Made by a program: the position numbers and the translations under genes | The notes under the pieces: model-generated | What the model saw: the letters and a program-made list of their open reading frames with translations, nothing else | What the model was told of the DNA's origin: nothing | Databases searched by the model: none | From: Lama guanicoe | Lineage: Eukaryota | Assembly (NCBI GenBank): GCA_013239625.1 | Contig: MU053431.1 | Span: 2,320,485 to 2,384,484 of the forward strand | Direction: 5' to 3' | Length of the DNA stretch: 64,000 nt | Part shown: positions 51,989 through 64,000 of the stretch, one piece after another | How the letters are laid out: the number at the start of each line of letters is the position of its first letter | Position numbering within the stretch: position 1 is the first letter of the stretch

Positions 51989-54900
51989 CTACTTGTGCTC
52001 GTGGCCCTCTGCCATGGCGGCCACCTCGATGGTGGCTGTGTGCTCCTCGGGCCCCGGGGCGGCCACGGCACTCTCCATTGCCCCCGTGGGCACTGTCACG
52101 ATGGTGCTGCCCCCGGGTGACACCTGGGCCACGTTCTGCAGGGTGGGGCCCAGGCCGGGCAAGGTGAGCAGCTGCAGAGGGCTCACAACCTTGACCACAG
52201 TGCTGCCATCCTGCATGGCGGCCGTACTCAGGACCGTGAGGCTGGAGGCGTCCGGGTGAATCTCCACCGTGTTGGGGAAGGTGGTGCCTGAAGAGGCCAG
52301 TACCGTGTAGCCCCCCAGCAGCGGCGAGGCGGGGGAGCCGGCCGGAGCAGCCTGGGGGGCAGCCTTGCCCAGCACGGGGGAGGGTAGGGTGGACACCACT
52401 TTGCCCAGGGGCACGCCGGCAAGCTGGGAGACGGGCACGCCCGGGGTCAAGGCGATAGGAGCAGACTGGGCAAGCACCTGCGAGGCGATGGCAGCCGGCC
52501 CAGACGTGGCCCTTGCAAGCCGGGGCCGCTTCACTGGGGGCGGCAGGGAGACGGGCGTCAGCGTCATGAGCACGTTGCTGAGGTGCTGGGACTTGTGCTT
52601 GAGCTCCTTGGCGCGGCGGCGGTGCTCGTCACACTGCTGCTCCAGGGCTGCGGGGACAGGGCGCGGAGTGACTGTGGGGACGGGGGTGGGGGCGTGACTT
52701 GGGGGACGCGGACAGGGACAGGGTGCAGGCGTGATCACGGGGCCAGGGTGTCCTGGGGGGCAGCAGACCACACACAACCTGCCCTGACCAGGCCTGTGCG
52801 GACTTGGTGTCTGACCGCCCCATCCCTACGGTGACACCCTGTCCTGTCCCCGCAAGTCCCCTGCAGTGACGCTCTCTGAGGGCCAGTCTGATGGGGACCT
52901 GCCGCTCCACGGAAGCGTGAATGCGTCTGAGGCAGCACCTGCCAGCTGCCCGGCGTGGGGACAGCCTTCCCTGTCCTCTGTAATGCCTTCTGCCCTCCTA
53001 ATGTCTGTGTGGGAAGCTGCTCTCATGACGTGTTAAGACACGGAGATCACGACAGACACGTAACCTGCCTGCCTCACACACACCCACAGGCGTGTCCCCA
53101 GTTAGGCGCCCCAGGAGCGGGGAGGGAGGCACAGTCTTGCGGGTGAGCCGTGGGGCTGCAGTGCATCCAGGGGTGGTCTGGCGAGGGTCGTCACGGTGTC
53201 AGCAAGCCGGGTGCCCCCAAAGCCCCCTTGGGAAGAGTGCTCCCATGCAGCGGTGCCAAGGGCCCGCAGGGGAGACCAGCATACCTGCCAGGTCGCGGGC
53301 GTACTGCTCCCGCGAGCGGTCCATCTGGCACTTGTGGCTGGCCAGCACCTTCTTCACCAGATCCAGCATGCCGAAGTTCTGCACGATGTTGTTGAGAAGA
53401 ACGGCGTCTGGTGGGGGGTGGGGGGTGCGCACGGTAAGGACGCCGCCTGCAGCAGGCCTGGGGGGCACCGCGCGGCCCCGAGGCAAGGAAGGGCCTGGGG
53501 GGCGTGGGCTACCTGCCCCCCACCCCCCACCCCCCAAGCTGAGGTGGCTGGGCTCAGCTCTGAGCCGGGAGGAACAGGCTGCAACCATGGGCCCCCCACC
53601 CCGCGCAGAGCAGACACGGCCCCTCACCTCGGAGCTGCAAGGGAGGGTCCTGGACCCGCTGTTGCAGGCCCTTCATGGTCTCCAGCAGCTCCTGCTGGAA
53701 CTCCTGGATGACCTCGTCCAGCAGGCCAGCATCCTTGAGCCCTCGCCAGAAGGCAAACGTGTCATCTGTGAGAGAAGGAGGGGCTCAGAGACGGGGGCCT
53801 GTACTGGCAGCCCCCCGCAGGCTCAACCCCAGGGAGGAACAGAGAGCCGTCTGGAGGACGAGGCTCTGCGGGCAGCAGTGTCCCCGTGATGACAGGCGGG
53901 AGTCCGGTGGGTCGGCCAGGCGGGAGACGGCATTGAGCACGCCTCCAGACACTAGGACAGTTGCTAGTGCCCGGCCCCGGGCAGAGACCCCACAGGCCCG
54001 TGCCTCCACCGGGAGGGCTCTGCACGGCCTTGCCCCAGGGCCCTCCACCGAGAGAAGCTGCAGGAAGGGCCCCGTACCTCCGATGGCCGTGGTCCAGTCC
54101 CCAGGGTCCTCACAGGTCTCTATGGTGATGGTAGCGGGAGACCCGTTCACTGCAACCAAGACGGGACGGCGTGAGCCTCTCTTGCGATGGGCCGGCATCC
54201 CCCTCACTGCACCCCAGCTCGAGACTCTCCTTCATCCCATTTTCACAAAACTGCCGGACGTGCACGAGCGCGACAGAGGACTCACGTGCCTCGGGTTCTG
54301 GGCTCCCCCTTAGGCACACAGAGGAGCAGGCACGCCCCAACCCGCCAGTCTGCTCAACGCCCCGCCGCTCCTGTCATGCCGACAAGGAGCTGCTGCACCC
54401 GCCAGCCGGGGCCACAGGGTGGCCTTCCTGCCAACCTGCTCTCAGGCCTGCGGCCTGGGCCCTTTGCATCTGCCTCACCGACACCATCGTCCACTGGGGC
54501 CACTACCACGCTTCCATTTTTGTAAAGCCCCAGAAGTGGGACGTGGACCGCTGTATGCCACCCAGAGGTTCACCTCTGACCCCGTCTCTGGCGTCTGCAG
54601 AGCCCTGGACACGGTTCGGATTTGGACACTTGGGGCTTAGAAATAAGCCCAGCAACACAATGTCCAGGTAGACTTTTTGGCCTCTCCCACAGCTGACGGC
54701 GGTCCTGCCAGGGGAGGCCAGATGCTGGGAGTAACTCTCCTAGTTTGGGCTCACAGGGAACCTTCACGCTACAAGTGAGTCTGCGTTCTGAGGACCCCAG
54801 CTGAAGAAACCACCACGTGGGTGAGTTTAAGAAAAGCAACAGACTCGTCCAAACCATCGCGGGATCACAGGGTTCAAAGAGCTAAATCCCAAACCCTCTA

Positions 54901-57900
54901 CCAGACACAGCACCTGAGGTGTGAGAACCCGGTCCCTTCCGGGAGGTGGGTCACCGCGGACGCCTTCTGTAAGGCAGAGCAGAGTCTGCACCCTGAGGAG
55001 GCCCTGTTCTTGCGGAAGCCACCAGCCCACCAGGAGTGGGATACGCATCTCCTGGTGTCTTCTGGGGTTGGGGCCTTGCCATGACCCAGCCCCACCCACA
55101 CTGCCTCGTGCAGTCCCAGGGGCCAGACCAGGACCCAGACCACTTGCAGACAGTGACCACTGGATGAGCAACGGGCCGACGAGGGCTAGGCCCCAAAGCC
55201 AGTAGCCTGCGTGTCCCTGGAAGGATGCCACGACGGGGCCACTGCCAGCCAGGCCGCCAGGCAGGGCGTAGCGACTGCACAGGGGATGAAACCCTGGCCT
55301 CACCTATGCCCCCGGGTCTCCCTCACCATCCTCCCAGGTACAGGGCAAGGCGCCTCGACCAACCACCGTCCAGTCTGCGATAAGGACGGCCCCTGGCCAC
55401 ACGGCAGCAGGCCCAGACTGGCCGTGGGGTCACAGCGCAGGGACACTGTGGCTCCCATCTTGGGAAGCATGGCCCCGCCCAGTTCTCAGTGGGCAAAGCG
55501 AACAGGGGCCTCATTTCATTCCAACTGCAGTTTTAAAAAGAATCTCTACTCAAAACCCTGGAAGAAGTTCCAGGGAGTGTTTAGTCCTTCCACACTTCAG
55601 AGCTACGGACACCAACACAAAAGAGTGTCACACATGCGTCAGCAAACGCAAGCGGCAGGGAACACTGAGCGGGAGCCTGGCCACGCAGGCCTGCGGCCCC
55701 AGGGCGAGGACGGAGGGCAGGCCGGGCGCTGCCCGTGTGGCCGGAGCAGGGCTGGGCCCTGGATGCTTGCCTGGTTCTTCTTTGTACACATCTCTACACA
55801 CGAACAACTGTATCTTACAATGAGAATGGCTTAAAAGGAGACCGTGCTTCAACCTTCCCTGTGGAGGGAGCTGCCATTCAGCCAGACTTCCTCGGTGGGG
55901 AAGAAGGAGGTGGCCACTGACCCCTGGGGCCCAGAAGGGACACTGAGTAGGTGGGGAGGCCCCGCTCAGGCTGGCAGCAAGGGCCCAGCACATACCATCG
56001 GCCGTGGCGGGTGTGAGAGGGATGTACTCGGCTGGCGTGGGGCTGCCCAGGGACGCACGGGCCCCTGAGAGGTCGATCTTGGTACTGCGGCAGGTGTTGG
56101 AGCAGACCCTGTCGTGCTGGTAGAAATCCAGCTCTCCGGAGTCCATGATCTTCCTGTGCAGGCGAGGGGACGAGAGCTTCATGGGGGGCCCAGGCGCAGC
56201 TGGACGGCCTATGTGACTGGACAAAGATGCCCCCCTCACCCCTGCCCACAGGCATGTGCTCAGATCCGCGGAAGGAATGGGGGGGCCTGACCTGGGCAGG
56301 TCCAGGGTGGCCTCTCCAACACCCCAGCCCAGCTCCCTCAGCCAGCCGCCCTGGCCATCTGCGTGGCTCTGTGGGAAGTGGGACCATAGTGGCTGGTGCC
56401 CGAGGGAGACACGAGGCTGTCCTGGAGGTGCAGTCAGCACTGTGGGGGCTGGGCAATCCCCCGGGATGCTCTGCTGCCTGCCGGCCCCAGGGACAGCCCC
56501 AGGGCTGACAAGGTGTGGATGACAGCAACCCTGCCCAGTGCACAGCTGGAGAGGTGGAAACCTTCCACCAGCACCCCGGCTCCTCACTGCCCAGAGGCTG
56601 CATCACGCCCGCACCTGCCCCGATGGCCTCCCTGGCCCTCCTCTGCAGCCTGGCCCAGAGGTCCTGGATTTAAGTCCAGTGTCTCAGCTCATCTGCCCTG
56701 AGCTGCCCTGGGGCTCCTGCCACCCTCAGCCTCTGGGCAGCGTGACTGCATATGGGTGGACACACTTCCCAACTGTGCTCTTTCAATGAAATGGCTGCGG
56801 CTAGGCCACCGAGACACTCAAGATTGGTGAGCAGCGCCTCGAGTGCAAGGCCCCGGGCCAACAGGAGGGCGCAGGGCGGCTGCTCCAGAGGGAAGCTGGA
56901 GTGGGGAGCTGCAGGGTGCCCAGGGTGTGCTCCCTGAGGGCAGAAGACAGCTGGGTGCCAAACATGCCTGCGGACGGCAAGAAGCCACTCCTCCCAAGAA
57001 CAAATGCACAAAGGAGAGGAGCAGAGCAGCCCCCCAGCTGGGCCAGGCCCCGTGAGAACCAGCAGCCCCGTGCACAGCCGCACAGAGGGCCCCGGTCAGA
57101 GGTCTGGCTCTGGCCGAAGAGGAAACGTTAACATGGGGAAACGAGGCGCTACTATTCCAGGGGCCGTCCACTCAAAAGCTCAGTTTGTCCTCAGGCTTCT
57201 TGGAAGGGGCACCACCCCTCGTGTCTCATGGGCGCAGGGAAGCAGTCAGAACCCCCCCACAGGAGAGCCCGAGCAGGAAGCCCCAGACCTCAGACTCCAC
57301 GTCTGTGTGCGGTGGGTGGGGGCCGGCCCGACGCTCCCCACAAATCCCGAATCAACCTCAGCGGGAGGACGAGGTGTCGGGAGAGAGCGAGAACAAGACC
57401 TCGGCACCCACAAGGGCCAGCACGCCTGACTCCAAAGACAGGGAGGTTGGGGCTCTGGGCCGAGGCCCCCTGAAAGGTCAACGTCACAACTGTCACAGCA
57501 TCACACAACAGTCAGCCTGGTGCAGACCAACATGGCCAGGGAGCACAGACGTGGCCCCGACGGGCCCCTTGCCCGGCAGACTGGCCGTCCAGAAGGGACA
57601 GTGACTGAACAACGGGCCAGACTAACGCACCGCAGCTTAGACGGGGCATGCTCTCTACTGGGATCCAAGTTTGGTGACGGTGGTGGAAGAGACGAGCTCG
57701 CTGCGCCTGCAGGGGACGCACGGGTGGGACGCACTCACAGCAACCTGTGGGTTTCGCACGCCCACTTCAGGAAGTAGTACAAACCAACAAGGCATGGAGG
57801 CTACACTGAGAGATCAGGCCCAGGTGCCTCTCCGACGTGCAAAGGCCATACGGCAGCACTTACGTTTCACTGGGAAACAGCTGCGAGTGCTTCTGGTAAA

Positions 57901-60900
57901 GAGCTGGCGGATGTCAAACTGAGACAGAGGCCCTTGCAAGCCTGACACGGTCGCACGCTGGCAGAGGTGTGGGCCGTTGCAGCCCCAGGGATACTGTCCG
58001 CGCTCCTCGTGGGTGCAGCGCACCTCACGGGGTCAGCTCTTCTGCATTGGCCCCGCCCCACCCACCGCCCCGCCCCACCCTGCCCACCTGAGCATGATGC
58101 CGTTCATGCGGATGGCTCGCTTCCAGTCCTTCAGCGTGGACTTGCCCGCCAGGTGCACAAATTCCTTGGGGCTGATGACATGCTCGTCGTACTGAGGGTA
58201 GAAGAGCAGCCAGGGTCAGGACGGGCCCCACCACCCTCCTCACCAGCCTGGTCCCCCGTCCAGAGCCGGCCCCGGCAAAGGGCACCACGCAGGCCGCAGG
58301 CCGCTCTCCACCTGACACTCAGGATCCAGCACTGGTGACTGGTGGGCAAGAGCACCCCGTTGAGACCAGCCCAGCCGGCATGCAGTGGCCACAGCGGGTG
58401 GCCAGGTGCCCAGCCCGGGAGAGAGCTGAGTGCTTGGCGGCCTCCCCAACAACACCCCTGGGCCCAGCACTGGGGAGGGCAGAGGTGACCACATCACTCA
58501 GAAAGGCATGGCACACTCCCCCTCCAGACAGCACCCAGCAAAGCTCCTGACGCGTAATTTAGCCCAGATGGGCACACACATCACACTGGGCGCGGGGCGA
58601 TACAACGCACCCACATCCGGCAGCTGCGGACGTCCCCTCGGCCGCTGCCCCGGCCCAGCAGCACCCGCCATCACGGAAGCACACATCATTTCAAAGTCAG
58701 GGAACTAAGAAAAGAAACGCTGACATACTGAGGAAGTCATTCTGGCTTATTCAGTTGTTCCCTTAAACTTGATGCTAACGAAAACAGCCTATTGTGACCC
58801 ATCAAGCAGGTATTACACGTCCGCTTTATTATTACAGAAAAGAGCGCACTGACCAGAAGTAAAGAATGCCCATGTTAAAAGTAAAGGTTCAGTGCCCCGA
58901 TCCTGGGTGCCAGCGCCAGTCCTCTCTCGCCAACGAGCCTCCCGTCCCGGGTGCCGAGGCCACGCCGTGCGTGCAGCACGTGCTGGGCTGCTTTCTGAGA
59001 CCTCGAGGAGATGCGTCCTTGGCTTGTCTGATGTCCCCCGTTCTGACGGGACACGAACCTGTGCTGGAGGCCCTGCTTCTCAGGAGCAGCTTCTCGGTCA
59101 CCTGGGGAGCAGCTTCTGGGCTAGTCCTCCATTTGGCTCAAATGAAACTCTTTTCTCTTCTTCTTGTACATTGATGATTCTCAACACAGCTGCCCTACCC
59201 ACTCACAGGGTTCTGCCGGTTTCCCCCAAAGGTGCAGCACAGACGGCCCGAGAAGGTGAAGCGTCCTCTTCAACCTTGTTAAAGACCCGAAATAAAACTG
59301 CACTGTCTCAGAAAACAAGCAGGAGGGGCTGGACGAGTCCCCGGTCTCAGCAGAGGCAGAAACCAAAGTGCCACCTGTGTCCGGGCGCCCTGCTGGGTGA
59401 GCCCAGGTCAGCCCAGATCACTGGCCAGGGGAGCAGAGCCCTCGGTTCTCAGGCGGGTCACACTGTCCTCGTCACGCCACACAGATGCAAGGGTTTTACA
59501 CGCTGAAGGTTTGCTGCAAACCTGTGTCGAGCAAGTCTCTCGGCACCATTATTCAGCAGTGTTTGCTCAGTTTGGGTCTCTGGGTCACAATTTGGTATTT
59601 CTCACATTTCTACCTTTTTCATTACTATTATATGTGTTACCGTGATCTGTGATCAGTGACCTTTGATGTTACCACTGTGACTCGCTGGAAGCTCAGGTGA
59701 CGGTTAGCATTTTTTTAACAATAAAGCATTTTTAAGTTGAGGTATGTAAACTGGTTTTAGTCGTGATGCTATGACACCATTAACAGACTACAGTCCAGTG
59801 TAAATGTGGTTTTTATACGTGCAGGAAAACCAAAACGTTTGTGTGACTCCCTTTATTGTGACAGTGGCCTTGTTAAGGTGGCCTGGAACTGAACCCACAG
59901 TGTCTCCACCACACTCGGTCTCAGCAAACGCGACCCACCCAGGAACCCTCTTGATGGACGTGGTCGTCCTCATTTCCAGAGCACCTGCCTGCGCGCTGAG
60001 TCAGGAAGCCACTCCCTCCCCTCGCTCAGCTGGTGGGGAGATGGCCCAGCCCAGGCAGGTGGAATTGAGGACCTCCCTGGCCGTGGCCCGAGCACACAGG
60101 TGCGCTGGTCATGCCCCCTGACCTCCCTGCCCCGTGGCATGTCGAGCCTCCCGGGACGTGCATCAGGGCCAGGAGGAGCCCCTGCCTGCAGACTCACCCC
60201 GCCTCCTGCCACCCCGAACCCTGGACCACCTTCCCTCTGCCTGAAATCATTTCTGAGAACATCCCTAGTTATGCCTTGCTGGTGGCAAACATAGTTTTGT
60301 CTGAAAACGTCTTCATTTCCCCTAATTTTTGAAGGTGGTTTCACCGCGTGTGGCTGACCCAGCACTTCTAGGGCCTCAGCTGCGGGGGAGTCTTCTCTTG
60401 GCAGCTCCAGCGTGGCGGTACCTACGGTAAACCTCTGGGCTCCTGCCCGCTGCTCTGCTGGGACTCCCCCCTCTGCAAGGTGGGACAGCACAGGGCCACC
60501 TTGAGACACTTGCGTGAGCTGCTGAGTCTCGCCTTCACTCCTGAGAGCAAGGCTCCCATGAACATGCACGACTCTCAAGGCCAGGAAATTACTGCTGACG
60601 CAATGCTGTCTAACCCACAGGCACTGTTCCAACCTCACCAACCGTCCCAGTGACAGGCTCTGTGGTGACATTTCTCTCTGAGCAGGACCGCACGCCACAC
60701 TGGCTGCCGCATCTCTCCTCCTCGAACCACACGGCTCCTCAGCCTGCCCACGTCCTCCTGACCCCGACGTCGTCCGTGAGGCACGTGGGCCAAGGTCTTG
60801 TAGACAAGAAGCGTGTCCCTCAGTGTATCTGATGCTTTCCCTCAGTGGAGCCAGGCTGTGTGTTTCGTCAGGAGCGCAGAGTCCTGGCCACTCCATCAGG

Positions 60901-63168
60901 AGGCCCGAATGTCGTCCATCGTTTGGGGAGCGATCTGCCGGGCCCCACCAGTGTTCTGGAAGCAGGACCTTCGTGACGGGGACACCCTGAGACAGCCATT
61001 CCTCGGCCAGCTCCCCGGACGTCCGGCTCCAGCGCCTCCTCCACGGTAGTCAGCTGGCACACGTACTGATGTCACAAGCAGTGAAACACGATGCAATAAA
61101 CGAGGGCTCGCAGATGCTGCTTCCACCCGAGTCACAGCCCACGCTTCTCGCTCACCACTCTGACAGTGAAGTGTCTCAAGCAGCCAGGGGAGGTCCTCCG
61201 GGCTGGCACCTACACAGCTTTCTGAGTAGCTGGTTTCTCTTCATTCACTCAGTCTGGGATGTCAGACCTCTGTAGGCCTCTCTCCTTCCGTGGTTATGAG
61301 AGCCCTCAGCCCGGGGACGTCTCGGGGGCTGGTACTCTGAACAAGGTCCTCACGTCTGTCTTCCAGTTCACTAATCATGCCTTCAACTGTGTCTAACCTG
61401 CTGGAAAATCTATCCACCTAGGGCTCAGTTTTAACTTTTTTCATTTCTAGTTTGTTCTTCCAAATCTGCTCATGCTTTACTCATGTTTGAGCCTCTCTCT
61501 TATTTCTTGAAATAAACACAATTGCTTTATATTCCATGTCTCAAAACTCCAACCTGCAGCATTTGTGTGTCTAATTCTGCTGCCTGCGGTTCCTGTGTGC
61601 ACTCAGGCTCTTGCTTCCTTGTGTGCTCAGGGCTTTGTTTTGTTTGACTGTGTGCTGCTCCTTTTCTTGGAACTTTGTCTGCTAAAATTACCTGAAACCT
61701 GGGATAAAGATGAGTTCTTCCAAAAAGGACTTTTCATTTGCTTCTGTCAGATCCCTGGGAGAGCTGCCAGCCAGGACCCACTTACACCTACACGCTCGGC
61801 CTAAGTTTTCAGACTGTACAGGCCACGTGTGAAACCTCAAGGGGCCCCTGTCCGCCCGGTGCTAAGACATGAGAACATTTTCCTTGTCCTGGGGAACAGA
61901 GGGGCTGGGAGGACATGCGCAGTGGTCACCCAACACTGGAGACCTTTGGAAGCAGCAGCGTCACAGAGACCATCCCCGCCCCCAGCTTGAGGAGGCATCT
62001 AGAAGGTGCTTTATGAAGACACCTCAGGTAGCACTGCCGGGTGCTTTCAGAACACGGTGAGTCTGGACACCTGAGCCACAAGTGGCAGGAGCACATCCTC
62101 CCCTTCATCCTGCTCCCAGCTGCTAACCGCCCAGCCACTCACCCTGCCCGACAGCCACCACCAACCCCAATCCCAGCAAGAACAGAGCTGCCTCCTTCCC
62201 AGCCTCTCTCCACAGCTTCCCTCCAGGAACAGATCGACGTGCCCTCAGCGAAAACCCTGTCTGTCCTTGGAGGCTCCGCCCTCTCCCCTCTGCTCTCCCA
62301 GGCATAGGATTTGGGCCTTCTCAACCCCTACCCCGCAGGCCACCCCCCAGAGGAGGGGTCTCCTCTCGTTTTCTTTTCTTCGCACTGCAGTTCGGGGAGG
62401 CTCCCTGCAGCCAGCCACGCGCTCGGTTTGGCTGCATCAGACCCTCACCTGCACACACTTCACGTTGATCCCAGGACACACGAACTTCCTCCAGATGAGG
62501 TTGGCCCTGCTGTCCCCGCAGGTGATGGGGTACACGATCTCAGCCTCCAGGCCTTCCTCCTCCTCAGCCATCTTCACTTCTCAGAGGTGCAGAGGCAGGG
62601 AAGGGGCAAGACAGAAGATCAGTCACAACTTCCCCAAGCACTTCCTGCAGGGGCACAAACCTAACTACCAACCTGCAAACCAGGCATCACAATCCGGGAA
62701 GGACTGAGACAGGACCCGGGTGGGCAGGGCCACGTCGCATCAGCCCAAACTACAGAGCCCCAGAGGAAACAAACTGCCTGCAGTGACTCCAGAGAAACCT
62801 ATTCTTAGCATTTTGGTGAGTTCTGAGGCCTTTGATGAGGCAGCAGCAAAGGACCAAGGGTGAGAAAGAGTCCCCATGACCACTCACAGATGGCGCAGTA
62901 CGGAGAACCGCAAACCTGCGCTGGCCCCTCACCCCAGGCCTCCGGAAAGGAGCCGCACGAGGGCCCCGGGGACCTCGATGGTCAGCCTGCAGCCAGGAGG
63001 ACCACTGCCTTGGGAAAAACTGTCTGCAGAGATGCCAGCAGGCCCCGCGGTGGGAAGGCAGGCTCCCTACCTAACACGGCTTCCTTGAGCTGTGAGGACG
63101 CAGTGAATGCAGCTGCAGCAGCCGCCGCTGCATTTTCTGTCTCCATGTTGTCTTCTGTCAGGTCACCC
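51989..63168 (-). CDS. GMEB2: Glucocorticoid modulatory element-binding protein 2 (SAND/KDWK domain); partial, start lies beyond the window
   Basis: Exons 63168-63071, 62576-62449, 58191-58088 (KSTLKDWKRAIR), 56153-55996, 54149-54078, 53765-53628, 53407-53285, 52647-51989 (...AMAEGHEHK*). All GT-AG, consistent phases, no stops. Confidence 0.96.
58690..59187 (+). mobile_element. Solo LTR (MER34/MER39-like) in a GMEB2 intron
   Basis: 3' end ctagtcctccatttggctcaaatgaaactc...ctcaaca parallels the end of the LTR at 45913-46359 (atcctcaatttggcccaaataaaatt). 5' boundary uncertain. Confidence 0.5.
59440..59915 (+). mobile_element. Internally deleted Tigger1-type DNA transposon
   Basis: Tigger1-like left part (tgaaggtttgctgcaaacctgtgtcgagcaagtct) joined to right part (gttagcattttttt...cagactacagt...gtgtgactccctttattg...ggaactgaaccc). 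Confidence 0.75.
60230..61780 (-). mobile_element. Patchy, old antisense L1 fragments
   Basis: T-rich stretches such as gtctgaaaacgtcttcatttcccctaatttttgaagg and tcttccagttcactaat...tgtgtctaacctgctg. Confidence 0.4.
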
Positions 63169-63389
63169 CTGGGAAGGAAGGAGAGGAGAGGGGGAGACAT
63201 TAACACCCCGAGACAGCGAGCCCCGCAGGGGCCCGTCCCTGCACCGCCATCCCCACAGGTGCTTCTCCAAGTGGCCTGTCTTGTTCCAGCTGCATCTCCG
63301 GTGCCACAAAGTGCCCGGCGTGTGACACCAGCACAACACCTTGGGGGAGGCGATGACCACAGGACCGGGAATGCTTAGCCTCCACAACT

Positions 63390-63800
63390 TCCTTTAATAA
63401 AGGTTTTAATTTCTATCATAATGATTTCATATGATTATAGAAACTATCAAAAAGTATAAAATTTCAGAATGAAGGAAAAAGAAATCACCCTTGGCCTAAC
63501 CTCGTTTTATACAAAAATATAAGACAAATCAAATGTCAAAGTAAAAAAGGTGCAACTATAAAAGTGTTATAAGGAAAAAAATTTTTTTTAAATCATTGCA
63601 AAGTGGTAAAAAGGTGTTTTTTTTTTTATGTGACACAAAATCCAGAAATAAGAGACAAAAAGTTTGCCTTAAAAAATAAAAACTTTCTGTGTGGGAGAGA
63701 AAAAACCCAGAAACAATGTTTTAAAAGAGAGAATTGGGGGAAACTTACACAACATAAGGAAGACAAACAACTCCCTTCCTCATAAGACACAAAGAGCCCC
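63390..63800 (+). mobile_element. A-rich L1-derived fragment
   Basis: Abrupt A-rich block with L1 ORF2-like wording (ctaacctcgttttatacaaaaat, tatgtgacacaaaatccagaa). Confidence 0.45.
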
Positions 63801-64000
63801 AGGGGAGCTGGCCAAGCCCTCACTGGGGGCCTCTTCCGACTTTCAAGAGATGCAAACAGAGGCCCCACCCAGCGACCAGGGACAGTCAGTCCTGGACAGG
63901 GCACTGCCTGCAGCTTGGAGATCAGGGACCTTTGACCAGGCCTCCCTTAGGGAAACTAACCGTGCAGAGAATGCAGTCCCACGTGCGGCCCTGTGCAGGA

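Overview
Mammalian genomic DNA, GC-rich, with the gene order of human 20q13.33: PPDPF (+), PTK6 (-), SRMS (-), FNDC11 (+), HELZ2 (-), a ~10 kb LTR/ERV/L1 block, then the 3' eight coding exons of GMEB2 (-). Two tRNA-derived SINEs resemble the camelid family, so the source is probably a camel, alpaca or llama (inference). PPDPF, PTK6, FNDC11 and GMEB2 splice into intact frames with GT-AG introns. HELZ2 is wrecked: a nonsense codon at codon 73, further stops, many frameshifts, mutated splice sites and a broken RNB catalytic motif, i.e. an apparent unitary pseudogene at the syntenic locus. SRMS keeps its kinase catalytic motifs but has an in-frame SH2 deletion and has lost the orthologous acceptors of exons 4 and 5, which suggests early decay or unusual splicing. 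Other signals: a candidate unannotated hydrophobic exon between FNDC11 and HELZ2, and an intronic inverted repeat that could pair over the GMEB2 terminal splice acceptor. All comparisons to human proteins are from memory and need a real alignment.
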